A DNA stretch of 64,000 bases, taken from the NCBI GenBank assembly GCA_963775425.1, contig CAVZJB010000001.1:21927-85926 (forward strand), read 5' to 3'. Positions 1-10,578 of the stretch are shown here, piece by piece (within the stretch, counting starts at the first letter, position 1; each line of letters starts with the position of its first letter). Below the pieces are notes generated by a model. That model was not told the origin of the DNA. It saw only the letters and a list, made by a program, of their open reading frames with translations, and made no database searches. The translations under genes were made by a program, and so were the position numbers. Source of the DNA: an uncultured delta proteobacterium. GTDB taxonomy: Bacteria > Myxococcota > UBA727 > VGSZ01.

Positions 1-1
1 G

Positions 2-286
2 GACCTCAAGCACGATCACAAGGGCGAGACCGTCACCCCCGAGGCCGGCGCCGACGTCCACCGCGTCGGAAAGCTCTGGCGCTCCTGCCGCGAGCAGTTC
101 GGCAAGGGCGGCCCCTTCCTCTTCGGCGCGTTCACCATCGCCGACGCCATGTTCGCCCCCGTCGTCACCCGCTTCGTCACCTACGGCATCCCCGCCGACG
201 ACGTCGGCAGCGCGTACATGGACGCCATCCAGGCGTTGCCCGCGTTCCAGGAGTGGCAGGCGGCCGCGCGGGCCGAGCCCGGCTGA
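2..286 (+). CDS. Glutathione S-transferase family protein, C-terminal part (5' truncated by window edge)
   Basis: Frame 2 reads ...GGPFLFGAFTIADAMFAPVVTRFVTYG...LPAFQEWQAAARAEPG*, typical of a GST C-terminal domain; TGA at 284-286. Confidence 0.8.
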   Translation, partial: DLKHDHKGETVTPEAGADVHRVGKLWRSCREQFGKGGPFLFGAFTIADAMFAPVVTRFVTYGIPADDVGSAYMDAIQALPAFQEWQAAARAEPG

Positions 287-308
287 CGGCGGCGCCCGAC
301 CGGCGGCG

Positions 309-1513
<1,205 letters not shown>

Positions 1514-1517
<4 letters not shown>

Positions 1518-2224
1518 GACGCCACCGCGGCGTGGCGGGTGTCGGAGACCACGCGCCCGTCCCGCAGTTGCACCGTGCGGTCGCAGCGCGCGGCGACCTC
1601 GGGCTCGTGGGTGACGACGATGACGGTGCGGCCCTGCTCACGGTTGAGCTTCACGAGCAGCCCGAGGATCTCCTCGCTGGTCTTGCTGTCGAGGTTGCCG
1701 GTGGGCTCGTCGGCGAGGACGATGTCGGCGTCGTTGATGAGGGCGCGCGCGATGGCCACGCGTTGGCGTTGGCCGCCCGACAGCTCGCTCGGCTTGTGGT
1801 GCACGCGCTCGCCGAGGCCGACCTGCTCGAGCGCCGCGCGCGCGCGCTCCTTGCGCGCGGCGGCGTCGACGCCGTCGCCGCGGCGATACACGAGCGGCAG
1901 CAGCACGTTGTCGAGCGCGCTCTGCCGCGGCAGCAGGTGGAAGCTCTGGAAGACGAAGCCGATGTGGCGGTTCCTCACCTCGGCGAGCTCGTCGTCGTCG
2001 AGCTCGTCGACGGGGATGCCCGCGAGCTTGTAGGTGCCTTCGCTCGGCGTATCGAGGCACCCGAGCAGGTTCATGAGCGTGCTCTTCCCCGAGCCCGACT
2101 GGCCGACCACGGCGCACAGCTCGCCGCGCTCGATCTCGAGATCGATGCCGTCGAGCGCGCGCACGACCTCGGTGCCCATCACGTACTGCTTGGCGAGCTT
2201 GTGCACCTCGACGAGGGCGGTCAC
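1514..2224 (-). CDS. ABC transporter ATP-binding protein (MacB/LolD type)
   Basis: Walker A GQSGSGKST, signature LSGGQRQR, Walker B LADEPTGNLD, H-loop VTHE; 4-bp overlap with the permease. Confidence 0.95.
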
Positions 2225-3504
2225 GATTTCTTCCCGGCGCCGTCTTTGTCGCCGGCGTGCTTGTCCTTGTCGTCGTCCTTCTTCTTCTCCACGCTCACGC
2301 GGTCGCCGTCGGACAGCGACTTGAGCGCGCGGAAGGGGCCCTCGACCACCTTGTCGCCCTCTTTGACGCCGTCGACGACGGCGATGGCGTCACCCTCGGC
2401 GGGGCCGAGCTTGACCGTCTGCTCTTTGACGTGGCCGCCGGCGGCGTCGCCGTCGAACACGAAGATCCGGTCGGGCTTTTCGGCGCCGTCGCCCTCGAGG
2501 ACCGCGGCCACGGGGACGGCGAGCGCGTCCTTGAGCGTCTGCACCTCGATGTCCGCCTGCGCGCTCATGCCGGGCTTGAGCTCGCTGGCCTTGTCGTCGT
2601 GGATGCCGACCTCCACGGTGAACAGCACGGCGCCGCCCTGGTCGCGCCCCATGAGGCCCACGCGCTCGACCTCGCCGTTGAAGGTCTCGTCCTTGATGCC
2701 CTGCGCACGCACCACCGCGTGCTGGCCCGCCTTGACCTCGCCGACGTCGAGCTCGTCGACGTCGAGCTTGACGATGAGCTCGCTGAGGTCGGCGATGACG
2801 ACGGGCGCGGTGGGCCCGTTCGACACGGAGCCGAGCCCGAGCGACGACGTGTCGCCCATGGAGAGGCCCTGCACGGCGCTCACCACCTGTCCGACGTCGA
2901 CGCCGACGGCGACGACGGTGCCCGCGATGGGCGCGGCCACGCGCGCGCGGCGGAGCGCGTCACGCGCGCGCTGCAAGTCGAGCCGGGTGCGCTCGATGGC
3001 GGCGTTGGATTGGTCGACGTCGGCGCGCGAGAGCGCGAGCCGCGACTCGTCGACCTTCAGCTGTTCGTCGGCGACGACGCCCTTTTGCTTGAGCAGCTTG
3101 TCGCGCTCGAGCCCGCGCTGCGCCTCCTCGACCGCGAGCGTCGCGCGCTTCTGGGCGGCCTCGGCGCCGGCGAGCCCGACGCGCAATTGTTCGACGGCGT
3201 TTTTCAGTTGCTCGTCGTCGAGGGCGAACAACAGGTCGCCCTGTTTGACGACGTCACCGACCTTGGCCTCGACCTCACGGACGCGCCCGCCGATCTCGCT
3301 CGCCACCTCCACCTGCGTGCGCGCGCGCACCTTGCCCTGCGCGAGCACCTTCTGCGTGATGCTGCGGCGCTCGACGGACGCGACGCGCACGGCCTCGCCG
3401 GCGTCGCCCCCGCTCTTCAACAGCGTTGCGGCGGCGATGCCTGCGGCGACGAGGAGGAGGGCGCCCCCGAGCCACACGTTGCCGCGAGACGACGTGTCGC
3501 TCAC
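2221..3504 (-). CDS. Periplasmic adaptor / membrane fusion protein (MacA-like)
   Basis: GTG at 3504 overlaps the upstream stop; N-terminal TM, lipoyl-like VKVGDxVKxGD motif (AKVGDVVKQGD), coiled coil, APIAGTV, LKPGMSA, GVKEGDKVV. Confidence 0.9.
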   Translation of the reverse strand: MSDTSSRGNVWLGGALLLVAAGIAAATLLKSGGDAGEAVRVASVERRSITQKVLAQGKVRARTQVEVASEIGGRVREVEAKVGDVVKQGDLLFALDDEQLKNAVEQLRVGLAGAEAAQKRATLAVEEAQRGLERDKLLKQKGVVADEQLKVDESRLALSRADVDQSNAAIERTRLDLQRARDALRRARVAAPIAGTVVAVGVDVGQVVSAVQGLSMGDTSSLGLGSVSNGPTAPVVIADLSELIVKLDVDELDVGEVKAGQHAVVRAQGIKDETFNGEVERVGLMGRDQGGAVLFTVEVGIHDDKASELKPGMSAQADIEVQTLKDALAVPVAAVLEGDGAEKPDRIFVFDGDAAGGHVKEQTVKLGPAEGDAIAVVDGVKEGDKVVEGPFRALKSLSDGDRVSVEKKKDDDKDKHAGDKDGAGKKS

Positions 3505-4073
3505 CGGACGTCGCTCTCTGTGAAGGTGCCGTCGGGGCTCTCCTGGTAGCGGTACCTGCAATTGTCGGCGGGCGGGTTGCCGCGCTCGTCGGCGCAACAG
3601 CCGATGGAGACGGCGTCGTCGGGGCCGGCGTCGAACAACAGGCACTTGCCCTTGGGGAAGGTCTCGCTCGCGGGGCAAGAGGAGAAGCTGTTGCCTTGCT
3701 GGATGCACGCGACGCTGAAGTCGCAGGCGCGGTCGGCGCAGAAGGGCGTGTCCGTCCCCGTGTAGGGCGCGGCGCAGTCCTGGGCGAGGAGAGCGCGGCA
3801 GCGCTCCTCGCAGGCGTGGGCGAGGTCGAGGTCGGCGTTCCAGCAACTGCCGTTTTCGCCGTACGCGGCCTTGAAGAGCTGGTGGTCCTTGAGGCCCTCG
3901 AAGGAGTCACCGGGCCCGGCGTCGATCTGCGACAGGTCGGTGGTCCTGGACGTGCCGAAGTAACACTCCAGCGCGACCTTGCAGGCCTCGGGCTGCTTGT
4001 GGTTTTCGACCTGGGCGCAGGTGACCGCGCCGACCGCGGCGGGGATCAAGAGGAGGACGGCCAGGCGGCGCAC
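3501..4073 (-). CDS. Cys-rich exported protein or lipoprotein, unknown function
   Basis: Signal-like MRRLAVLLLIPAAVGAVTC, many Cys; translationally coupled to the adaptor gene. Confidence 0.7.
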   Translation of the reverse strand: MRRLAVLLLIPAAVGAVTCAQVENHKQPEACKVALECYFGTSRTTDLSQIDAGPGDSFEGLKDHQLFKAAYGENGSCWNADLDLAHACEERCRALLAQDCAAPYTGTDTPFCADRACDFSVACIQQGNSFSSCPASETFPKGKCLLFDAGPDDAVSIGCCADERGNPPADNCRYRYQESPDGTFTESDVR

Positions 4074-4083
4074 GGGCGCGAGC

Positions 4084-4365
4084 CTACCCCGGCCCGGCGT
4101 CGGTTTCAGCTCCTTCGGAGGCGCACGCCGCGGGCGCGTCGTCCAGCGCCGCGAGGGCGTCGAGGGCGACGCGGCATTGCTCGCTGCACGCGTTGGCGTT
4201 TTGCAGCGTGGTCCAGCAGGCGCTGCCGTCCTCCCAGGGCGCGGTGTCCACCGACGGATCCACCGCCTTCTGGCAGGCGACGTAGCGCTTGCAGACCTCC
4301 GACGGCCCGCACGCCGCGACGGCGACGACGATGACGACGGCGGCGGCGCGCGGCGAAGGCCTCAC
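4084..4365 (-). CDS. Small Cys-rich lipoprotein
   Basis: Lipobox VAAC after a hydrophobic stretch; Cys pattern resembles the N-terminal half of 3501..4073. Confidence 0.7.
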   Translation of the reverse strand: MRPSPRAAAVVIVVAVAACGPSEVCKRYVACQKAVDPSVDTAPWEDGSACWTTLQNANACSEQCRVALDALAALDDAPAACASEGAETDAGPG

Positions 4366-4618
4366 GGGCGCCCCTTCAGGGCCCCCGAATGAACAACTCG
4401 ATCGCCCTCGCGGCCGATCCGTCGGTCACGTGGCGACGGCCACGCTCCCTCCTCGCGCCTCGCCATCGGCGCGCCTCGACCGCGATCATCGACCGACCTG
4501 TTCATGCGAGGGCCCTTAGCACCCCGCGCCGTGCGCGGCATCGCGGGGCGGGGCCCCTCGCGTCGACGGATGCGCGCCGAGGCCCGTGCACGCCTGCTCC
4601 GCGCGGCGCCGGTGTAGT

Positions 4619-5833
4619 GTGCCGCGTGGGTTCGTCCCCGTGATCGCGCTCGCGGCTTTGCTCCTCGCCCTCGACGCGCCGCCCCCGGCTGCGGCACCGC
4701 CCGTCGCGCGCCCGGCGGCCGAGGCGCCGCCGGCGCTCGATCCGTCACGCATCCTCGTCGTGCCGCGCAAGGGGACGGACGTCGAGCGCGCCTACGCAGG
4801 CCTGCGGGCGGCGGGCCTGCTCCCCGTCGAGCTCGAAGAGCGCGCGGGCGTCGACCGGCCCGCGCCGGCGCCCCCGCGGCCGGGGACGCGCGACGCCGCG
4901 CGCGCCCACGTCGAGGAGGCCAAGGCGCGCTTTCGCGAGCTCGACCTCGACGCGACGCGCGCCGCCGCCGACGAAGCCGTCGACGAGGTCCTGCGCCTCG
5001 AGCACCCGGAGGACGCCCGCGACGTCCTCATCGACGCGCTCCTGCTCAAAGCCGACGTCGCCCTGCAGGCGGGCGTCGACGAGGACGCGCGCGCGTCGCT
5101 CGCGCTCGTCTCCCGCCTCGACCCCGGCCGCGCCGCGCTCCACCCGGGCCTGTACCCGCCGAGCCTGTGCGACGCCTACGCCGCCGCGCGCGCCGCCGAG
5201 GAGGCCGAGCCCGCCGCCAGCCTCGTGGTGCGCCCGCGCGCCGCGGGCTTTTCGCGCGTGGACGTCCTCGTCGACGGCCGCCCCTTCGGCTCGTCCCCCG
5301 TGCGCGCCGGCCCCCACGTCGTCACCGCGCGCGCGCGGGACGCGGTGCCGTTTTCCCGCGTCGTCGTCCTCGACCCCGCCGAGCCCACGGTGCTCGCGCC
5401 GTTCCTCGCCCCGGCCGGCGCCGCCTCCCGCCGCGCGGCGCTGGTCGCGCGCGCACGCAAGGCCGCCACGAGCGTCGACGAGGCCCATGCCCTCGCCCGC
5501 CTCGCCGACCTGTGCGCCGCCCGCGCGGTGCTCTTCCTCGACGGGCCGCGGGCGATGCTGTGGTCGGCCCGCGGCCTCCAGGAGCTGTCCGTGTCGTCGA
5601 AGGCGGGCGGCGCCGCCCTCGGGCGCGCCACGCTGCTCGCGCTGCAGGCGCCGGCCCGCAAGGACGACGCCCCCAAAGACGAAGGCCCCGACCTCGCCAC
5701 CCTCGCCGTCGCCGGATCCGTCGGCGCCGTCGTCGTCGCGGGCATCGTCGGCGTGGGCCTGTGGGCGTTGCTGCCGGCGTCGTCGCAGCCGGACCCGCCG
5801 CGGATCGTGCACGTGAAGTGTTGCGGGGACTGA
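4619..5833 (+). CDS. Exported helical + PEGA-like domain protein with C-terminal TM
   Basis: Probable GTG start at 4619 with signal peptide; helical region, PEGA-like VDVLVDGRP...GPHVVTAR segment, C-terminal hydrophobic helix. Confidence 0.6.
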   Translation: MPRGFVPVIALAALLLALDAPPPAAAPPVARPAAEAPPALDPSRILVVPRKGTDVERAYAGLRAAGLLPVELEERAGVDRPAPAPPRPGTRDAARAHVEEAKARFRELDLDATRAAADEAVDEVLRLEHPEDARDVLIDALLLKADVALQAGVDEDARASLALVSRLDPGRAALHPGLYPPSLCDAYAAARAAEEAEPAASLVVRPRAAGFSRVDVLVDGRPFGSSPVRAGPHVVTARARDAVPFSRVVVLDPAEPTVLAPFLAPAGAASRRAALVARARKAATSVDEAHALARLADLCAARAVLFLDGPRAMLWSARGLQELSVSSKAGGAALGRATLLALQAPARKDDAPKDEGPDLATLAVAGSVGAVVVAGIVGVGLWALLPASSQPDPPRIVHVKCCGD

Positions 5834-5855
5834 CGGCGTGCGCGAACGTTGGAGG

Positions 5856-6737
5856 ATGGCGCCGGGCTCGTCGACAGCGTGGATGGGGGCCCTCCTGCCC
5901 CTGCTCGCGTCGTGCACGCCGCCGGGCACGGGGGATCGCGGGCCGGTGACGCTGTCGGTGCAGATCGCCACGCGCCAGAGCTGCGGCGCGCTGTCCGGCC
6001 TCGACTACGACACCTCCTGCGCCGCCGCCCTCGATGTCGTCGTGCGCGACGCCGCCACGCTGTTGCCCGTCCCCGGCAAGGAGGTGTGCCGGCCCGTGAG
6101 CAACAAGAACACGCTCGGGGACATCCTCGGCGAGCCCATCATCGACATCACCGGGCTGTCCACCAACACGAGCGTCATCTTCGAGGTGCGCGGCCTGCAC
6201 AACAGCCTCGCAGAGCCCGAGCAGGACCCCTGCCACGACGCGTTCAAGAAGGAGCGCTGGCTGTTCTGGGGGGAGTCCGGCGTCGTCGACCTGCGCACGT
6301 TCGATGCTCCCGACGGCGGCGCGGGGCCGAGCCCCATCGTCCGCGTCGTCGTCGATTGCCGCGACTGCTCCTTCGCCTGCGGCGAGGACAACGCCGACAC
6401 CTGCTTCGGCTGCGGCGGCTTCGGCGCGCAATGCCCGGCGGAATTCCCCGTGTCGTTCTGCGTCCCCGCCGTCACCTGCGGCAAGTCGTGCAGCGACAAG
6501 AGCCAGTGCTTCGGTGGCGCGCGCGAGTGCGTGAACGGCTTTTGCGATACGAGCACCATCACCGGCCAGCTCTGCTCACCGTGCGGCGGCGCCGCGCAGA
6601 TCGGCTGCGGCGAGGGCCTCACCTGCGTGAAGAAGAGCGGGGGCGAGGGCTTCTGCGCGTTCCCCTGCCCGGCCGACAACTGCGTCTCGGGCACCAAGTG
6701 CAACCGGCTCCACAACAACCTCGAGCGCGCGGACTGA
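5856..6737 (+). CDS. Cys-rich lipoprotein, unknown function
   Basis: LLASC lipobox; C-terminal half with many spaced Cys resembling myxobacterial small disulfide modules. Start uncertain (5856 or 5883). Confidence 0.7.
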   Translation: MAPGSSTAWMGALLPLLASCTPPGTGDRGPVTLSVQIATRQSCGALSGLDYDTSCAAALDVVVRDAATLLPVPGKEVCRPVSNKNTLGDILGEPIIDITGLSTNTSVIFEVRGLHNSLAEPEQDPCHDAFKKERWLFWGESGVVDLRTFDAPDGGAGPSPIVRVVVDCRDCSFACGEDNADTCFGCGGFGAQCPAEFPVSFCVPAVTCGKSCSDKSQCFGGARECVNGFCDTSTITGQLCSPCGGAAQIGCGEGLTCVKKSGGEGFCAFPCPADNCVSGTKCNRLHNNLERAD

Positions 6738-6812
6738 AAGGCTGACGAAAGACGACGCTCGTAGCAGCACTCGGCGAAGCCGCCCACAAGGTGGCTCGCC
6801 GCGCGGAGTACG
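6738..6812. repeat. 75-bp intergenic palindromic repeat, copy 1
   Basis: 73/75 identical to 41057..41131; contains the hairpin GGCGAAGCCGCCCACAAGGTGGCTCGCC. Confidence 0.9.
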
Positions 6813-6996
6813 TGGCCGGAGCGAAGAGGAGCGGAGAGCTCGGCGCCCCGGCGCTCAACTCGGCGCGCGTCTTCGTCGCCGAGCTCGGAGCTCCTTTCCG
6901 CTCCGCCGTGTGGCCGTAGCACCGTCCCCAACGGTGCGGCTCCTCTCGGCGCCGGCCCTCGCGTCCGAGCCGGCAGTCCCGCGCGTGCGGCTGTTC

Positions 6997-8130
6997 CTAG
7001 GGCGCGAGCTTCTCCACTTCCACGCGCCAGCTCACGGCGGAGCCGAAGCGGAGGACGCGGAAGGCGGCGTAGCCGTCCTTGGCCACCCGGGCGGGGGCCT
7101 GCACCGCGGCCTCGTCGACGCGGCCGACGGAGAGGCCGTTCACCTCGACGACGATGTCGCCGTCGTGAAAGCCGCAGGAGCGCGCGATGGGGCCGGCGCT
7201 GACGATGATGACGCCGGCGCCGTCGAGCGACGGGCCCACGACCGAGTCCGCGGCGAGGGCGTCGGCGCCGCGGTGCTCGAGGGTGTGAGCCACCGCGCGG
7301 GTGACGGTGAAGCGCGCGTCGTCGCCGGTGGCGTCGCACTTGACGCGGACGGCGCGCGCGACGCGGGGGATGTGCTCGAAGTCGGCGGCGGCCTCGCGCA
7401 GCGCCGTCTGGTCCCGCGCGGCGGCGTCGAGCTCCTTGCCCGTGTCCTCGACGGCCTTGCCGGCGGCGGGGCGCCCGGTGCGCACGCGCTCGCCGTCGAG
7501 GGCGCGCACCATCAGCGCCGGCTGCGCAGAGCGCTCGAGCGCCGCGGCCATCCGTTGCAGGCGGCCCGCGTCGACGAGGCGCTGCTCGGCGAGGAACCAT
7601 GCGACGGCTCGCGCGCGCGCGCCGATGTGCACCGCCAGCGCCGCCGACGACAGCGAGGGCTTGCCGCAGGCGGCGACGAGCCCGGCGAGGTCGGCGGCGC
7701 GGCCGACGCCGGCGGCGGCGCGCGCGGGCTTCTTGTCGGCGGCGTCGGCGAGGGCGACGACGAGGGCGCCGTCGGCGAGCGCCTCGACGCCGGCGCCGTC
7801 GAGCGCCTTGGGCAGCGTACAGGCCGGCGCGACGCCGGCAGCGTCGAGGGCGTCGAGGGCGGGCCCGTAGGCGCGCGCGGCGTCGAGCGACTCGGCGACG
7901 TCCTCGTCGTCGAGTCCGAGCGCACCCCGGTGCATCGAGCGCACGCGCGCGAGCAGCGGCGAAGGGGCGACGGCGGCGGCGATGCGCGCGCCCTTGTCGA
8001 CGAGGGGCCACGCGTCGACGCCCGGCGTCCGCGCGCTCGCCGCCGCCGCCGCGAGCGCCGCCGCCGCGAGCGCCGCCGCCGCGGGGGAGCCCACGAGCGC
8101 GGGGCGCACGGGCCTGCCGCGGGCCGTCAC
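6997..8130 (-). CDS. Exported protein with C-terminal PDZ-like domain (GspC-type PDZ)
   Basis: GTG at 8130 overlaps the upstream stop; C-terminal CGFHDGDIVVEVNG...FRVLRFG is PDZ-like. Confidence 0.55.
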   Translation of the reverse strand: MTARGRPVRPALVGSPAAAALAAAALAAAAASARTPGVDAWPLVDKGARIAAAVAPSPLLARVRSMHRGALGLDDEDVAESLDAARAYGPALDALDAAGVAPACTLPKALDGAGVEALADGALVVALADAADKKPARAAAGVGRAADLAGLVAACGKPSLSSAALAVHIGARARAVAWFLAEQRLVDAGRLQRMAAALERSAQPALMVRALDGERVRTGRPAAGKAVEDTGKELDAAARDQTALREAAADFEHIPRVARAVRVKCDATGDDARFTVTRAVAHTLEHRGADALAADSVVGPSLDGAGVIIVSAGPIARSCGFHDGDIVVEVNGLSVGRVDEAAVQAPARVAKDGYAAFRVLRFGSAVSWRVEVEKLAP

Positions 8131-8819
8131 GGGAGCCTCGCGGCGACGAGCGCCGCCAGCGCGTCGAGGACACCGTGGTCGATGCCGTGGCCGCCGGCGA
8201 AGGACACGAAGGTGACGTCGAGGCCGGCGTCCCTCAAGAGGCGCTCGAGCTCCTTGGCCGCCGCAAACGGCAGCAGGGGATCGGCGGTGCCGTGGCTCTG
8301 GAGGACCGGGAGCCCCTTGCGCCTGGGCGCGAGGGCCTTCCAGTCGCCGCGGCACAGGAGCGTGCCCGAGAGGACGGCGAGCGCGGCGGGGGCGTCGTCG
8401 AGGCGGAGGGCGAGGTCGGTGGCGAGCATGGCGCCCTGGGAGAAGCCGCCGAGGACCACCTTGGACATCGGCAGCCCGACGACGTCCCGGGCGAGCGCGG
8501 TCACCGACTCGCGCAAGAGCCCGCGGGCCTCCGCCATCCCCTCGGGCACCTCTTCGAACAGCTCCTCGAGCTTCCCGCTGACGAGCGCGCGCTCGAAGTG
8601 CGTGACGTCGATGGGCCACCAGGCGCGGCCGAACGGCACCCCGGGGATCTCGAGCGGCGCCTCGGGGAACGCGAACGCCACGCGCCCCGACAGCGCCGGC
8701 TGCGCCCTCAGCACCTCGGGGACGAGGCCGACGAGGTCGTCGCCGGGGGCGCCGTAGCCGTGGCAGAGCACGCAGAGCAGCTCGGGCTCTTCGACCTCGA
8801 GCACGCGGACCTTGAGCAT
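8127..8819 (-). CDS. Phospholipase/carboxylesterase (alpha/beta hydrolase)
   Basis: HGYG oxyanion motif, GGFSQGA nucleophile elbow, HGTADPLLP (Asp), GGHGI (His). Confidence 0.9.
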   Translation of the reverse strand: MLKVRVLEVEEPELLCVLCHGYGAPGDDLVGLVPEVLRAQPALSGRVAFAFPEAPLEIPGVPFGRAWWPIDVTHFERALVSGKLEELFEEVPEGMAEARGLLRESVTALARDVVGLPMSKVVLGGFSQGAMLATDLALRLDDAPAALAVLSGTLLCRGDWKALAPRRKGLPVLQSHGTADPLLPFAAAKELERLLRDAGLDVTFVSFAGGHGIDHGVLDALAALVAARLP

Positions 8820-8939
8820 CCCTCGCGTCTACCACGCCTCAGGTGGAACGTGCGCTCGCGGCGGGCGCGCCGCCGGCGCGTGCGCGATCGGCGCGGCCGC
8901 TCCCTCCGGTCGCTGATCGGCGTGCCCCACCGCGGGCGA

Positions 8940-10124
8940 TCAGCGCGTGGATTGCGCCTGCGAGCGGAGCGCCTTGCTCTTGCCCTTGAGCGCGGCGGCC
9001 TGGGCCTCGAGCTTCTTCTCGAGCGCCTTCAGCGAGTCCACGCTCACCGTCGACGACGACAACAGGCCGGCGATGGCCGGGTCCGTCTGCGGCGCCGTCA
9101 CCTGCTCCGCGCGCACCGGCGCGGGCGGCGGCGTCACCGAGGCGAACGCCGACGGCGGCGGCGACGCCGTGCTCCCGCCGCTCTCGGGCGGCGCGGGGGA
9201 CTGCGCGTCCTGCGGGACGTCGCCGAAGTCGCCGTTGCCGGCGCCGACGGTGGCGCTCGGGTCGCGCGCGTCGTTGCCGGTGGTGCTGCGCGTGGTGCCC
9301 GACGACGTCGACTGCGTCTGCGTCTGCTCCGGGTGCACCACGAAGAGCCGGCGGTCCTCCTCGTCGAACAGGCGGCTGCGGCCGACCATGCCGCTGACGT
9401 CCTTGGCGACGGCCTCCTCCTCTTCGAGCTCGCGGATGCGCTGCCGCACCGCGTGCGCCTGGCGCAGGAAGCGCGCCTCGAGGTCGCGCGCGAGGTCGGC
9501 CTTGTCGAGGAGCGTCTCGACGTCGTCGTCGGGGTGGGCCTCGAGGTCCACGCCGTCGGGCAGGGCGACGTCGATGTCGTTGCCGAGCACGGGCAACAGC
9601 GCCTGGCGGACGGCGTCTCGTTGGGCCGCGAGCGCGCGGTAGGCGGTCACCGCCTGCGCGCGCGCGCTCGACTCCGCGGGCAGCGCCTCCACGCCGCGGC
9701 GGCGCTCGACGAGCAGCGCGTCGTACAGGCGCAAAAGCGCGGCGCCCTGCGTGGACACCGCGGACTCCGACGCGAGGAGCTGCGAGCGCGCGTGGGCGGC
9801 GGCCTCGTCGAGGGAGAGCGCGCCCTTGAGGGCGTCCTCGAGGGCGGCGCCGCGCACGCCCGCCTTCTTCTTCTTCTCGACGTCGGCGGCCGCGGCGTCG
9901 CGCTTGTTCTGCGCGCGCTGCCAGCTCTCGAGGCGCTGCTTGCGGGTCTTGAGCGCGTGGTCGACGGCGGCCTGCGCGCCCTTCAGCTCCGCGGCGGTGA
10001 CGCGGCCGGCGCCGGCGATGGACGCGGCGAGCTCGGGCGCCGGCAGGGCGCGCGCGGGGGGGGCCGTGAGGCCGGCCCCGAGGAGGGCGGCGGCGGCGAC
10101 CGGCAGGAGCGCGAGGCGGGGCAC
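8940..10124 (-). CDS. Secreted coiled-coil hypothetical protein
   Basis: Signal peptide from GTG 10124, long helical regions and a Ser/Thr/Pro linker; codon usage is consistent with coding. Confidence 0.65.
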   Translation of the reverse strand: MPRLALLPVAAAALLGAGLTAPPARALPAPELAASIAGAGRVTAAELKGAQAAVDHALKTRKQRLESWQRAQNKRDAAAADVEKKKKAGVRGAALEDALKGALSLDEAAAHARSQLLASESAVSTQGAALLRLYDALLVERRRGVEALPAESSARAQAVTAYRALAAQRDAVRQALLPVLGNDIDVALPDGVDLEAHPDDDVETLLDKADLARDLEARFLRQAHAVRQRIRELEEEEAVAKDVSGMVGRSRLFDEEDRRLFVVHPEQTQTQSTSSGTTRSTTGNDARDPSATVGAGNGDFGDVPQDAQSPAPPESGGSTASPPPSAFASVTPPPAPVRAEQVTAPQTDPAIAGLLSSSTVSVDSLKALEKKLEAQAAALKGKSKALRSQAQSTR

Positions 10125-10251
10125 GGCGGTGGATCTCGCAAGCGGCGGGCCACGAGCAGGCCCGGGAAAAGCGTACCATTCCATGCCCTTGCGAAGTGGG
10201 ACCGCGCCTCACCCCCGCGGAAATCCGAGGGATCGCGGCTTTGCGGGAGCG

Positions 10252-10578
10252 TCACGGCACCCAGTACAGCGTCGTGCCGCCCTCGAGGGGGACGGCGACG
10301 GCGCGGGCGCCATCGACGACGACGGGGGCGGCGGCCTCCACCAGCGACGGGTGGTCCGGCAGCGGCGGCGCCGGCGCGCGCGCCACGAGGGCGAGCACCA
10401 CCGCGGCCGCGGCCAGCGACGGCACGAAGGCGAGCGCCGCCAGCCGCGCGGCGCGCGACGGGCGCCGCAGCCGCGCGCGCAGCCGGAAGAGCCCGCCCGG
10501 CGGCGGCTCGAGCGCGGGGAACGCGCGGCTGTGCCGGGTCACGGGCGCGCCGCCGTGGTCTTCGTGCCTGGCCCTCAT
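10252..10578 (-). CDS. Small single-TM putative anti-sigma factor
   Basis: Overlaps the ECF sigma stop by 4 bp; one TM helix and a short C-terminal tail ending TTLYWVP. Confidence 0.55.
   Translation of the reverse strand: MRARHEDHGGAPVTRHSRAFPALEPPPGGLFRLRARLRRPSRAARLAALAFVPSLAAAAVVLALVARAPAPPLPDHPSLVEAAAPVVVDGARAVAVPLEGGTTLYWVP

Noticed and set aside
6742-6812. Hammerhead ribozyme suggested by CTGACGA and GAAA
   Set aside because: GAAA overlaps CTGACGA instead of following a stem II, and no stem III or cleavage-site arrangement can be built.
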